A DNA stretch of 64,000 bases, taken from positions 108,626,001-108,690,000 of the forward strand of contig NC_045696.1 of NCBI RefSeq assembly GCF_009834535.1. The letters are read 5' to 3'. Below are positions 52,763-64,000 of the stretch, one piece after another. This stretch comes from Camelus ferus (Eukaryota). Made by a program: the position numbers and the translations under genes. Position 1 is the stretch's first letter. Every line of letters starts with the position of its first letter. The notes under the pieces were generated by a model that did not search any database, was not told where the DNA came from, and saw only the letters and a program-made list of their open reading frames with translations.

Positions 52763-53954
52763 TTTTTTTAAATTGAAGTACAGTCAGTTACAATGTGTCT
52801 TCTAGTGTACAGCACAATGTCTCAGTCAGGCAGATACACATATATATCTATTTTCATGTTCTTTTTCATTAACGATTATTACAAGATATTGAATATAGAT
52901 CCCTATGCTATATGGAAAAAAACTGTTGGTTTTTTAATCTATTTTTATATTTATATTTTATATAGTGGCTAACATTTGCAAATCTCAAACTCCCAAACAA
53001 ATTTATCCCTTCCCACTCCTTTTCTCCCAGTAACCATAAGATTGTTTACTATGTCTGTCAGTCTGTTTCTGTTTTGTAGATGAGTTCATTAGTATCATAT
53101 ATATATATATATACACACACATTTTTAGATTCCAAATATGAGTGTTATTATATGGTATTTTTCTTTCTCTTTCTGGCTTATTTCACTGAGAATGATGATC
53201 TCAAGGTCCATTCATGTTGCTGCACTGGCAATATTTTATTCTTTTTTATGGCTGAGTAGTATTCCATTGTATAAATATACCACAGTTTCTTTATCCACTC
53301 ACCTGTTGATGGACATTTAGACTGTTTCCACATCTTGGCTATTACATATAGTGCCTCCCTACAAACCAAAATCCAGGGAATTCTAACAAACATACAAAGA
53401 AGAACTCATACCAATCCTTCTCAAACTCTTCCAAAAGACTGAAAAGGAGTACTCCCAAACTCACTCTATGAAGCCACCATCACTCTGATACCAAAACCAG
53501 ATAAAGACACTTCCAAAATAGAAAATTACAGGTCAATATCATTGATAAACATAGATGCAAAAATCCTCAACAAAATATTAGCAGAAAAAATCCAACAGCA
53601 CATAAAAAAGATCATATACCATGATCAAGCTGGATTCATCCCAGGGACACAAGGATGGTTCTTTCAACATACTCAAATCAATCAATGTGATACACCATAT
53701 CAACAAAAGACAGGACAAAAATTACATGATCATCTAATAGATGCAGAAAAAGTATCTGACAAAAATCAACCCCCATTTACGATAAAAACTCTTACCAAAG
53801 TGAGTATAGATGGAACAAATCTCAACATAATAAAAGCTATTTGTGATAAGCCCACTGGCAGCATAATACTCAATGGTGAAAAACTGAAAGCATTCCCACC
53901 AAACATGACAAGGATGCCCACTCTCACCACTTCTACTCAACATAGTCTTGGAAT
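52763..53954 (-). mobile_element. Young L1 with 5' inversion (twin priming)
   Basis: Poly-T, 3'UTR and ORF2 end on the minus strand (to about 53355), then an ORF2 RT-region piece on the plus strand ([13 protein letters not shown]...HDQAGFIPG). TSD tcctttaattctt at 52750-52762 and 53955-53967. Confidence 0.9.
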
Positions 53955-53995
53955 TCCTTTAATTCTTACTAAGGCAAGAATTAAGAATACCAGCT

Positions 53996-54302
53996 TCTCC
54001 AAGTCCTAACTTATCCCTTCCCACCCCATTTCCCCCCAGTAACCGTAAGTTTATTATGTCTATGAGTCTGTTTTGTAGAAAAGTTTGTTAGTGTCTTCTT
54101 TTTTAGATTCCTCATATGAGTGATAGAAAATAGATAAACAAGTTTATACTGTATAACACAGGGAACTATATTCAGTATCTTACAGTAACCTATAATGAAA
54201 AAGAATATGAAAATGAATATATATGTATATATATGACTGAAACATTATGCTGTACACCAGAAATTGACACACTGTAAACCGACTATACTTCAATTAAAAA
54301 TA
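53996..54302 (+). mobile_element. Second young L1 with 5' inversion
   Basis: Inverted 3'UTR segment at about 53996-54125, then the sense 3' end. TSD aagaataccagct at 53983-53995 and 54303-54315. Confidence 0.9.
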
Positions 54303-54784
54303 AAGAATACCAGCTCCATATTTAGGTAGATCCAAGTTTTACCCACCATCTGTGCAAACATCAACACAGTGAAACAGGCAAATGGCATGTAAGTTTTGTT
54401 ATGAAAATAGTTCTGCCCTTGAAGATCCCCTAAAATGATTTCCTAGGGGTCCACGGAGCACACTTTGAGATCCTCTCTGTGACAGTAAAATTAAATTCCT
54501 CAGGATTTTGTAGGCATCTCCTGAACAACTAATCACCTATCTCGTTCATACTCGGCCTTCTTTCCAAGCTGCGTCAAGAGATTAGACACATCAAGCAAAG
54601 AAAACACAAAAGGTGAAAATGTAGGGGGAAAACATTTCAGGAAAGAGAGTAATCTATACTGCAATGCATGAGCTAAGAATACAGCTGAATTAAGCAGGCA
54701 GCTTATTTTAGCTTAGAAGGCATTATTTTAAAAACAACCAAATGTGTTAAGACACTGCAGACCTAATTAATATGTTTTCTAATA

Positions 54785-54965
54785 ATCATCAGTACCATTT
54801 ATTAAACATTTACTAAGGGACAGACATTATGCTGGGAACTTTGCCTATGTTATCTTGCTTCCTCTTTCCAACAGCCCTATGAAACGCATCTAATTACTTT
54901 CATTTACAGGCCAGGAAACTAAGACTCAGAGAGGTGAAGTCACGTGCCCCGTATTAAACCAGAGT
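54785..54965 (-). mobile_element. MIR SINE
   Basis: ttccaacagccctatga ... catttacaggccaggaaactaagactcagagaggtgaagtcac. Confidence 0.8.
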
Positions 54966-56509
54966 CTAAAAAAAAGTAAGCGGAATTGCGATGATGAACT
55001 TGGGTTCTCTCGGACCACGATGCTCGTGTTCTTAGCCTCTCTGCTCTGCAGCACCTTGGGCACGGCTGACCCCAGGTGGAGTGATGTTCCTCTGCTGCTT
55101 GCCCAGGGCAAGATGCTAGCCTGCATCCTTGGGCACTGGTCCCTCAGGGTAGGAGCAGGCACAGCTATTCTGCTCCAGGAGAGCACGGCTCCATCACTTT
55201 TGCAAGCCCTCAGGAGGTGGTTCTTATCACTTTCACGGCCTTTAGTCGTTACAGTGGCCATGACAGCACCAAACTCCCAGCACACACTTGTGACATACAG
55301 AAACATCCACCTCTTTGACCTTCTGGGGAGCTGCAGTGACTGTAGGCAGAACCCTTTTTTTTTTCTTTAATTAGTGGCTTGAAAGTGAGGCAAATTCTGT
55401 TTTAATTAGAATCCAATTCCTAATAAATTCACTCCTCAGGACATTCATTTTGCAATATCTGCCTGCCAACCTGGGACTGCCCTACTCGCTCTCAGGACAA
55501 GCTTGGGAAGCACAGAGTGCCGGGGAGACTCCAGGACAGGTTGGTGCGGGATCACTGGGAAGCCAGCCGACATGCTCCCCCCTCGCTGTCCTCCACTCAC
55601 CCCCAGCTTCAGGGCACACGCAGGTCAGCCTCTCTCCCACGTCTTCCTCCCCAGGCACTAACTCAGGAAAGGACCTATGGAGCACAATCTGAGGTACAAG
55701 GGACCAACCAGCCTCAAGGCAGCATCGTTACCAGAAGCAGCTGAATCTCTACGGATGCAAGACGCTTCCACCCCAGGAATGCATCTTGGGAATTCCTGGA
55801 ATGAAGATGGAGTAGGCCCTTACATGGGAGAGGGCGGGGAGTCCACAGGGCACCCCTAGCCAGATACAGGAAAGATGCCTCCCCAGACAGGGAGATCAGC
55901 GAGACCTGCTGCTGACCGGCAAGTCGGAGCAGACAGAGCGGAGGGAGGAAAACGAGACAGCTCATGTGAAGGAGACTCTTTACTCCAGGTTCTGGCCTCA
56001 TGGGGGTTTCACACTCTGAGATGGGTATTTGCGCATTAAAAGAGCCCCATTTGAGCCTTGACTAATCCTGAGCCTGGTTTACTAACAGTTAAAAGATTAC
56101 TGCCAAACTATAGTGAAGGGAGGGCTCAGATATTCCACATTCTTTCTGATAGGAGAGCAGAATATAAACAAGAAAATGAAATCCTAGGAGTTAACCTCTT
56201 CAACAGTAATTCAATGGTCCAGCATTTGCTCCTTGGCGTGGGGAGCCATTCAGACGCTGAAAGAAGGACGTGCGGGGATGAGTCATGAGGTTTCTCTAGA
56301 TCAGTTGAAGGATGTGCTTCCTATTTGGACACAGGAGATAATAAGGCAGCACCTACCCGGGGCCACTGACCTTGGTACAAGTGATTCCTTGAGAGGAAAC
56401 AGTCAGCTGAGGCTGCCTTACAAATTCAAGGAACTCAGTAAAACTCAGCTCCATTCACAAGACCCCGACTACCCCTTCAGGAGGGGCAGCCCTCTTCTGG
56501 TCGGCTTGT

Positions 56510-56741
56510 GGGATTTAGCAAAGGAAACACAAGACGCCCACCCAAGTGGCTCTGAATTTCAGACAAACAAGTGATTTGTTTCAGCATAAGTATGTCCCAA
56601 ATATTGCATGGGATATACTTATACTGAAAACTCATTCTTTGTGAGAAATCCATTCGAGACATACTTATACCAAAAAGTAATTCATTGTTTATCTGCAACT
56701 GGAATTTAACTGGGCGTTTCGTGTTGTATCCAGCGCCACCC
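56510..56741. mobile_element. MER53 palindromic hAT MITE with partial arm duplication
   Basis: tgaatttcagacaaacaa ... ataagtatgtcccaaatattgcatgggatatacttatac ... tgtttatctg ... atttaactgggcgt matches the MER53 palindrome as I recall it. Confidence 0.85.
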
Positions 56742-58069
56742 CCCACCCCCAATGCCATCCTCGTGGTCTCAAATCTTGGGCTTCAGATTTTCACCTCCTT
56801 GCCCATGGAGTCTGCAGCTTCTTTTTCTCTTTCAGAGGGTAGACTGGCTTGGGCTATGAGGTGGGCGTAAGACCAGGGGTTCCTTATACAAGACTAGTTG
56901 AAATACCTGCAGGTAAGAAACCCACCTTGAGGAAGGAGCCCCACAGGGAGGCCATGAACGCCAGCACCACAGCTAGCATCTCTGCAGCCACAGAGGGCTC
57001 CCTGGGCGTGTGTGCGTCTCAGCACACCAGCAGCTCTGGGCCACACACGCAAACTCCAGGGGTCCCACGTTGTGGTGTGAAGGAGGGGGGATGATAGGTT
57101 CCAGGAGTTCTTCTCTCCAGGGCAGAGATAAGGAGGGAGGAAATGGGAATTGAGGATACAGAGTTCTAAGTAGTTCACCCAACACACCCACCACTGCATC
57201 CTGAAGGGTGAGTGCATCCCTGCCCTCCTGGTTTACGGAGACAAGGGAAGGGGCCCCCAGGCAGTGGAATTCATCCTTTACCAGCAGGGAGTATTTCCAC
57301 ACAATAGAAAATCCCCTCTGAGGGGATGCATTAAATAAAGTCCTGGCTGAGCCTTTCCTAAGGGGCTCCACGCCTTCTGCAGCTGGACCTCACTAATCCC
57401 CATAAAATTCCCATGCTGTAAGAAGGGGAAGGAATTATAGATGTAAAATTGTTATCAGGAGGATTCAGGCGGATTTCTCCACGTCCACTTCCTCTATCTC
57501 CTCCTCCTCTTTGTCATGTTCTTAAGAATAATGCCTTGTGTGTAGACAGTGCTTTACAGTTTAGGAAGAGCTTTCTGTGCATTATCTTTGAGCCGGGCAG
57601 CCCGGGGGCTCGCAGGGCTGTGACACAGTGCCCTGAGCCTTCGCTGCTCCCGCATCAGTGCTCCTCACAGCCATGCGCACTCAGCATCTTCAACCTCAGC
57701 CCCTTCTCCTCGCCTTCGACACATGCTCATGTGTGCATGGGCACATGGGCACATCTGCAGAAACAGGTGTGTCTTGTCCATGAACCCAATGTCGTTCCTG
57801 CACTTCTGGCAGGCGGAGCCATAGGGATCCAGCTCACCAATTGCCCCCTCAGGCCTAGGGCTCAGCATTTTGGGTGGCCCTTCCATACCGACACCGCAGG
57901 TCCCCAAGACGACAAGTCAGGAGGCTCTCGGGACATCACCGCATATGGGGGACCTGTTCCCAAGACACCCTTGCCTGAGGGAGTTCTAGATGCTCGCAAA
58001 ATGTTCAAAGGAGAGCTTGGATGTATTGCACACTGACTATCTGCCAGCCCTTCGTACCATACTATGGTA

Positions 58070-58220
58070 TACACTTCACAATTCTTCTGAAAAGAAAGTA
58101 GTGTGACCCAGTTTTACACATGTTGGAACGAAGGTTTCAGAGAGGATCAGCGTTTGCCTGAGGTCACACAGCCATAAAGTGATGGAACTGGGATCCAAAG
58201 CCAGGAAGTCAGACTCCAAA
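58070..58220 (-). mobile_element. MIR SINE
   Basis: ttgcctgaggtcacacagcc ... ctgggatccaaagccagg ... gactccaaa. Confidence 0.75.
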
Positions 58221-58221
58221 C

Positions 58222-58650
58222 TCATATTTTTATTATCTATAGAGTTTCTGTGGGTCAGGAATTCAGACGGAGGTTGGTGGGGTAATTCCTAGACCCCAAG
58301 TGGCATTTAGCAGGGTCTCTCAGTGGTATTCAGCTGGTGGTGGACAGGGGCAGGGGGCTCCAAGATGGCCTCCCTCCCCTGCCTGGCACCATGGTAGGGC
58401 CAGCTGGCAGGCTGGGCTCTGCTGGGCCCATCTCCCTCACCCTGCAGTGTCCAGGCTTCCCCACAGACTCTCTCTGGCAGAGTAGCTGGACTGTTAAATG
58501 GCGGCTCAGGGCACCAGGAGACCAAGGAGAGGGCAGCACATACTCTTAAAGGCAAAGCCTGGAAGGGGCAAGGGGTCACTCCCGCCACACTTGATTGCTC
58601 AGAGCAGTCACAGCCCAGCCCAGAGTGAAGGGGAGAGTAAACGGGCCCCT
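58222..58650 (-). mobile_element. MaLR LTR remnant (MLT1H/I-like)
   Basis: ttctgtgggtcaggaattcag ... tccaagatggcctc ... ggctgggctctgctggg ... gcagtcacagcccagcccag. Confidence 0.7.
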
Positions 58651-58904
58651 TCTCTCCATGGAATGAGTGTCAAAGAATTTGCTGTTATCTCTCTTCCATG
58701 CAAGTGAGAAGCAAGCCCACAGATGGACTTGGCCACGCTGCCCCACTGGAGCTGCTCGTGGCCAGCTCACCCCTGCCACCTTGTTTTGGTAAAGGTGATG
58801 GCAGGGGCAAGGGGACACACCAGAGCTCTGTGTCAGGAGCAAATAAATATTTTGGGGCTTTTAGGCTGATGGGCATAAATGATGATCATGGTAAAACAAA
58901 AAAG

Positions 58905-59362
58905 TATGGATGGACCTGGGGATCGTCATTCTAAATGAAGTCAGCCAGAAAGAGACAGAAAAATATCATATACCTCAATAAAAAAATACCATATATCACT
59001 TAAATGTAGAATCTGAAGAAAAAAGCCACAAATGAACTTATTTACAAAACAGAAACAGACTCACAGACATAGAGAACAGACTTCCCCCCACCTTCCCTGG
59101 GGGGAAGGGGGTGAGAAGGGATAAATTGGGAGTTCCAAGATTTGCAGATACAAACTACTATGTACAAAATGGATAAATAACAAGTTCATACTGTACAGCA
59201 CAGGGAACTATATTCAGTATCTTGAAGTAGCCTATAATGAAAATGAAAATGAATACGAAAAGGAGTATCTGTGTGTTCATGTAAGACTGAGACACTATGC
59301 TGTGCACCAGAAACAGACACAACATTGTAAACTGACTATACTCCAATTAAAAAAATAAATAA
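58905..59362 (+). mobile_element. Young artiodactyl/camelid L1 3' end
   Basis: atggatggacctggggatcgtcattctaaatgaagtcagccaga ... cacagggaactatattcag ... gactatactccaatt, followed by an A-rich tail. Confidence 0.9.
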
Positions 59363-62300
59363 CTCTGAAATTTTTTTAAAAGAATAGAATGAAATAAATA
59401 AATGAAAAGGGTAAGGACCGATACAGGGCACACCAGGAAAGTGTTCTAACACTGACTACAGAATTCCTGTAACTTTTCTGCATAAATCACCCAAACAGTC
59501 AAAAGCGAAGGAGACGGAGCAAATGCGTCCTGATGAAATCCACCCTTCCGGCAACATAGATCAATTAGCATCCGCGCCACACAAGCATCATGGAACCCCC
59601 AGAAAGTATGAAATCCACATTTCAACCCTGTACCTCCTGGCTTGTTCTGTAATGAGACTATTATCCAAAGTGGACCTGAGGTACAATACAAATTTTTAGC
59701 CCGTTCATTCTTCTTCAAAACCCCCACCATAAGGAAATCAGCACTGATGGGGTTGCGGATGGATTAGAAACAGATGCCGTCCCCGGCAAGTCACCCAAAT
59801 CCCCTGAACTTGAGTCTCCCCTTGTGTAAAATGGACTTGGTCCATTTTCTAAATCTCTTCCAATATTTTTGTGTTAGGAACTAGTGTAGTGACCTTTAAG
59901 AGCCAAATCCATGCAAAGCTGGTCATTTTCTCCCTTACATACCTAACTAGTGTGTTTCCGCACAAAACATTTATCCTCAAGGGACATCACCCTGAGCAGC
60001 TGAACCCTGTCCAGTTTTCAAGGCCAGGACCACAGAAAATTCTATCAAACCCTCCCCAGAGGCCAGAGACTTATCCCCCCCATTCCTCCTGTCTCATGGA
60101 GATTTGAAACAAAGGGCAAACTTTTCATTTTTGGTGTGCATCTAGGGTAAGGAGATTGAGTTCAGAGTGATCCGCTGTACTGAGAACCCTCATTTTGCTT
60201 TGGGGCCTGAGCAATGACTCTAGGTCTTTGGCACGTGCTAAATCTCTCATTATGGGGCCTGGTGTGAGGGTGGATGCATCCCAGGTCAGGATATTCTCCC
60301 TGTTTGGGAATGCTGGATTCCAGAGTAACAACCCATCCATTTCTTCACAGTCCATCTACCATCCCAGAGCTCTGGTCCTGCCCACTTCGCCTGGCGTCCT
60401 ACTCCCCGAATCAACCATGGCAGCAGAAAGCTGTCCTTATGGTTACTGCCTGTCAAGTCCATATGCCCACTTTGTAAATCTCCACAGGCCTGGACTCCGG
60501 CCCCTTCAGCCCATTGCTATACTCTGGGCAGATGCTAACTGTGGCTTCCAAATTTGGCTTTTCTAACCTGGCTGCCTGCTGACAATACAGCCTGCTGATC
60601 TAGAAATTCCCTAAATAGACACCAGGACCCTACTGACCAGAGAGGCGAAGGCATCTAGTTCAGACAGCTTTTCAAGGGAAAGTGAAGGCTGAGAAACCCA
60701 CCAGTTACACTGTGATGGTGGCTGAGTGAGGAGGACCACGCACAGGTCTGAGGGTGGAATTAATGGTGAAGATGTGACAGGCTGCGGGGCCACGACTCTC
60801 CGTCTCAGGGCCTGCTAACCTGTGAGCTGCAGGGTCCCCATGTGGTAGAGATGGCACAGAACGGTAAAGCAGTGGGGCCTGCTGACCTCACAGGCCATCG
60901 AAGCCTGCCCCCTCCATCCTGACCAGTTTGGACAGGTGTGTGCCAATTCCACCACTTCCTCAATTAAGTCTGTCCCTGACCAATTCAAGCAAGCCCTAGC
61001 AGCTGCTCAGACCTGCCCCAGCTCTCTCTGGCACTACCTGTCCCCCTTTAAGTATGATATGGGTCTGAGGCTCCAGTCCTCCAGAGGCGGGGCTCCATCA
61101 GCCTTGCCAGGCTATTTACACTGCCTTCCCTACCCACCCTTGGGCTTCCAGGGTCAGGTGTAGCTTCTCACTTGTCCTCAACCTTTAGCCCGAGTCTGGA
61201 AGCCACTGAAGGGTACTCAGTGGGTGTACGTGGCATCAGAGAATGGATCGAGACACAGGTGGATGGAAGGAGGATGGATGGAGAGAGAGGTAAATGAATG
61301 TTAGCACCTAAGCGGATTTTCACGCCCTCATGCCCCTCTTTTCCGCACATCTCTGGACCCACCAGACCAGACACTTTGACAAGTCCCATGAGCTAACCTC
61401 CCTAGGGACCAATTTTCTCTTCTTGCTGGTACAGCAGAGGGCTGGCATGTTATACACAGGCCTCCATGCGGGCCAGTCATCTGACCCCAGCCACAAGCTC
61501 ATAGGTTTTGGATGGTCTGTGACTCATGCAACACAGAAGGATGTCCATGGTGGCAGAAGACATTGAAATAGTATCTCAAGGCCAATAAACATGAGGTCTC
61601 CAGCCCGCCCAGCCTTCCCCAGAACAGGAGCCAGATGAATGTAGACGGGTGATCAGTGGAGGGTCCAGAGTGGGAGGCCATGCCCCGAACACGGGATCTG
61701 CGGGATTTCAACCTCCTTCTCTAATTACCCAAGGATGTGCCTCCTAGGATGTACTTTAAGAATAAAAGACCCCCTAATTAAAGCTAATTCACTTTCCCCA
61801 ATTCCATTTATCACTGCATGTAATTACTGTAAATACTGGGCTAGAATAGGAGACAGTCCTTTCTTCCCCTGTGCAATTCTAGCTTCGGCATCTGTGGAAC
61901 TAAGAGGCAGTATCCTGACTCCATGCATAAGGAGCTCAGTGAGAAAGGGCACAGACAAGGCCTGGGGGTAAGAGAAACCATAGACCCGTGCCGAGGGTGA
62001 CAGCAGCCTCTGCAGCCATCCCCAGGAGAGACAGATGCAGGAGGGCAGGCGACAGATGCAATCAGGGTTGTGGGCACAGTGTATGCCTACCGGCTCCCTG
62101 TGAGCAGCAGAAACCCAGGGCTCGGGCCACGTGGCTCCAAACCCCAGTGGAATTAGAAGAATGAGCTCAGAGTGCAGTCCTGGAGATGGCTGTGAGCTGG
62201 CAGCAGACAGGGGGTGGGGGCCCCGTGGAGGATGGCTCCAGCCTGAGGAGTGTGTGAGTGCTCGGCCTTCGATACTCGGGGCTCCCCTCTGTCCACCTTC

Positions 62301-64000
62301 AGCTCCAATGGGCAGCCTCCCCAACCATCGTCCCCCTTCCTTCTGGCTTTCAGTCCTACTCAGGTCCTCCAGGCAGGGTCCATCCTGCCAGGCCCACCCC
62401 AGGAGAGGTCCTGCAGGCTCCCAGGGGATGAGATGCTGCATTTACAAGCCAGCTACAGGGCTGGGGTCCCCCCATCTGCTTGCATCGTCACAAGCCCCCT
62501 TCCAGTGACCTTCAAAAGCACCTGCTGCCAGGAGCCACACAGCTGCCTTGACAGGATCACCTGAGCTTGCATGCAAGGACTTTCTGGGCAAAGCCACTTG
62601 GCAGGACCTCCCCAGGCTCCCAATGGCTGTGACTCGGGGCCGAGCCTTGTCAAGGCACTAAAGCTATAGCTTCACTGCAACAGACCTCCCCAGGGTCCCG
62701 CTTGGAATTCCAGCCTCCAGTTCTCCCCAAGGCAGACATGCCTGCTTCTCACAGCCTCAGGGACCTGAGATGCTGCACAGTCAGGAGCCTGTGTCCCTCC
62801 CACAGGATCTTCGACAGAGGCTTCTGTGCCACTCGGAGCTTCCGGTGGGAGACCCTTCCAGCCAGACCTGGCTGTACCTCCCTGCCTGTCTGCCCCTTGC
62901 CCTCCCCAGACAGGAGGTGCGTATTCTCCCTCCAGTGGACCATGAAGGTCTGAAGGAGTCAGGCTGATTTATCAAAGACACAACCATACAGTTGAAATTG
63001 TGTCGATACATCTTTGCCTCGTGGAGGCTGAAGGATGCCCCCTATTTCTCTGGTAAATAATATACATTTAAAGTCCCCAAATGTTTAAATATATATTTAT
63101 CCAGTAAATCAACTCAGCTTTGAAGTGGCTCATTTCTTGCCTGCAGAAATCCAGGATACAGTTGCTAACCTTGTTTTTCTTTCCTCCTCCACGTTAAAAA
63201 AAAAAAAAAAAGAGAATGGGAGCAGAGAAATGAAATTCTGAATAATGAATGTTTAAATATTGACGAAGGTTTGACACTAATGGTGTGGGGGAGTGCGTGC
63301 AGCACGGGAGCCTCAGAGTAGCAGGAATCTTCAAAGGGAGGCGTTTTGCAAGAACCTTTCAGGCCCCTTCCAGCAACTAAACTCTGAATCTGTGACACAT
63401 TATTGAGCGCTCGGGGGCCAAGGCGGAGTGCCCTGGACTCTGATGGAATCTTCTTGATGCAACAGGAAAGGGTGGGTGATTTATTCGTCTTCATTTCCCA
63501 ACTCCTCCTCTCAACCTGTTTGCAAACAATTTACTCAGAAACAGCAGTTTCTCATTTTTCAAGGATACCACCCTGGCTCAAGCTATCCCCCGCCTTCCTC
63601 GGAGGACAGTCAAACCCATTCTGAGTGAGAATTTGCAGATGTGAAGTCTCTAATGCTGGCTCTGGCACAGAGCAAGTTCTCTCAGTCAATGGTGGTTCCT
63701 TTCCCAGAGCCTTCTGTAGATAATGATTTCACAGCCACGTACTCCAAGAGGCTGAAAACCACCTCCTCACTTTAGAGTCAGGAGGACTGGGGCCTAGAGA
63801 GTCAACAAACAGAGCAGCTGTCCTGGCCTTGATTCGGGGACTCCAGGGGCTGTAATGATGGAAGGTCCCAAAGGGAGCTGACCTTCCCCATGAGACACAG
63901 GCTACCCTATCCTCGAGGTGAGCTTTGGCCTTGAGTTCTCTAAGTCTGTCTCTCTGCCTTTAAGCCAAATCCTCAGTAAACAATTCCAGGGTCTACTCTG

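Larger units (their letters stand above)
51623..54477. mobile_element. Charlie1-type hAT DNA transposon relic carrying two nested L1 insertions
   Basis: Termini gagctgttctcaaatt ... ggggtccacggagcacactttgaga. Internal motifs gaagacagctggat, aaaagtggctagttcagc and tcaacacagtgaaa are typical of Charlie1. Confidence 0.8.
5871..64000 (-). other. EPHB1: EPHB1 intron upstream of the exon (large intron 3, partial)
   Basis: Ends at the AG acceptor. No ligand-binding-domain exon appears in the ORF track, consistent with the very large intron 3 of Eph receptor genes. Confidence 0.85.

Noticed and set aside
53542..54009. 155-aa reverse-transcriptase-like ORF
   Set aside because: It is a decayed, frameshifted L1 ORF2 fragment in the inverted part of an L1 insertion, not a retron or a domesticated RT gene.
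57449..58036. 195-aa ORF
   Set aside because: Non-ATG start, overlaps a MIR-like fragment, and has no recognisable protein features.
61824..62441. 205-aa minus-strand ORF as a possible EPHB1 exon
   Set aside because: No Eph ligand-binding-domain similarity. GC-rich chance ORF.
1..64000. CRISPR array, operon or other prokaryotic-type system
   Set aside because: The sequence is mammalian intron throughout, with no regularly spaced repeat-spacer array and no gene-dense foreign segment seen.

Overview
This window is mammalian genomic DNA lying inside the EPHB1 gene, which is on the minus strand. It is most likely camelid, judged from a Vic-type tRNA-derived SINE, artiodactyl-type L1 3' ends, and no Alu, BovB/Bov-A2, PRE or Can-SINE. 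Only one coding exon is present: a 156-bp phase-1/phase-1 exon at 5715-5870 (equivalent to human exon 4, cysteine-rich ectodomain). The rest is intron, filled with MIR, L2, old and young L1, MaLR/ERVL LTRs, hAT/Tigger relics, microsatellites and several AT-rich, motif-dense patches that may be enhancers. The other ORFs in the track are chance ORFs or decayed L1 ORF2 pieces. I found no evidence of a new multi-gene system. The most notable items are: (1) a MER53 hairpin giving a 20/21 match to miR-1302 on the EPHB1 sense strand, with a duplicated arm; (2) two separately 5'-inverted (twin-primed) L1 insertions 15 bp apart in opposite orientation inside a Charlie1 element; (3) a Met in the exon where I recall Thr in human and mouse; (4) a duplicated 5' splice-site motif 11 nt downstream of the exon. 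Repeat family names come from my recall of consensus sequences, and boundaries are approximate unless TSDs or TIRs are given.
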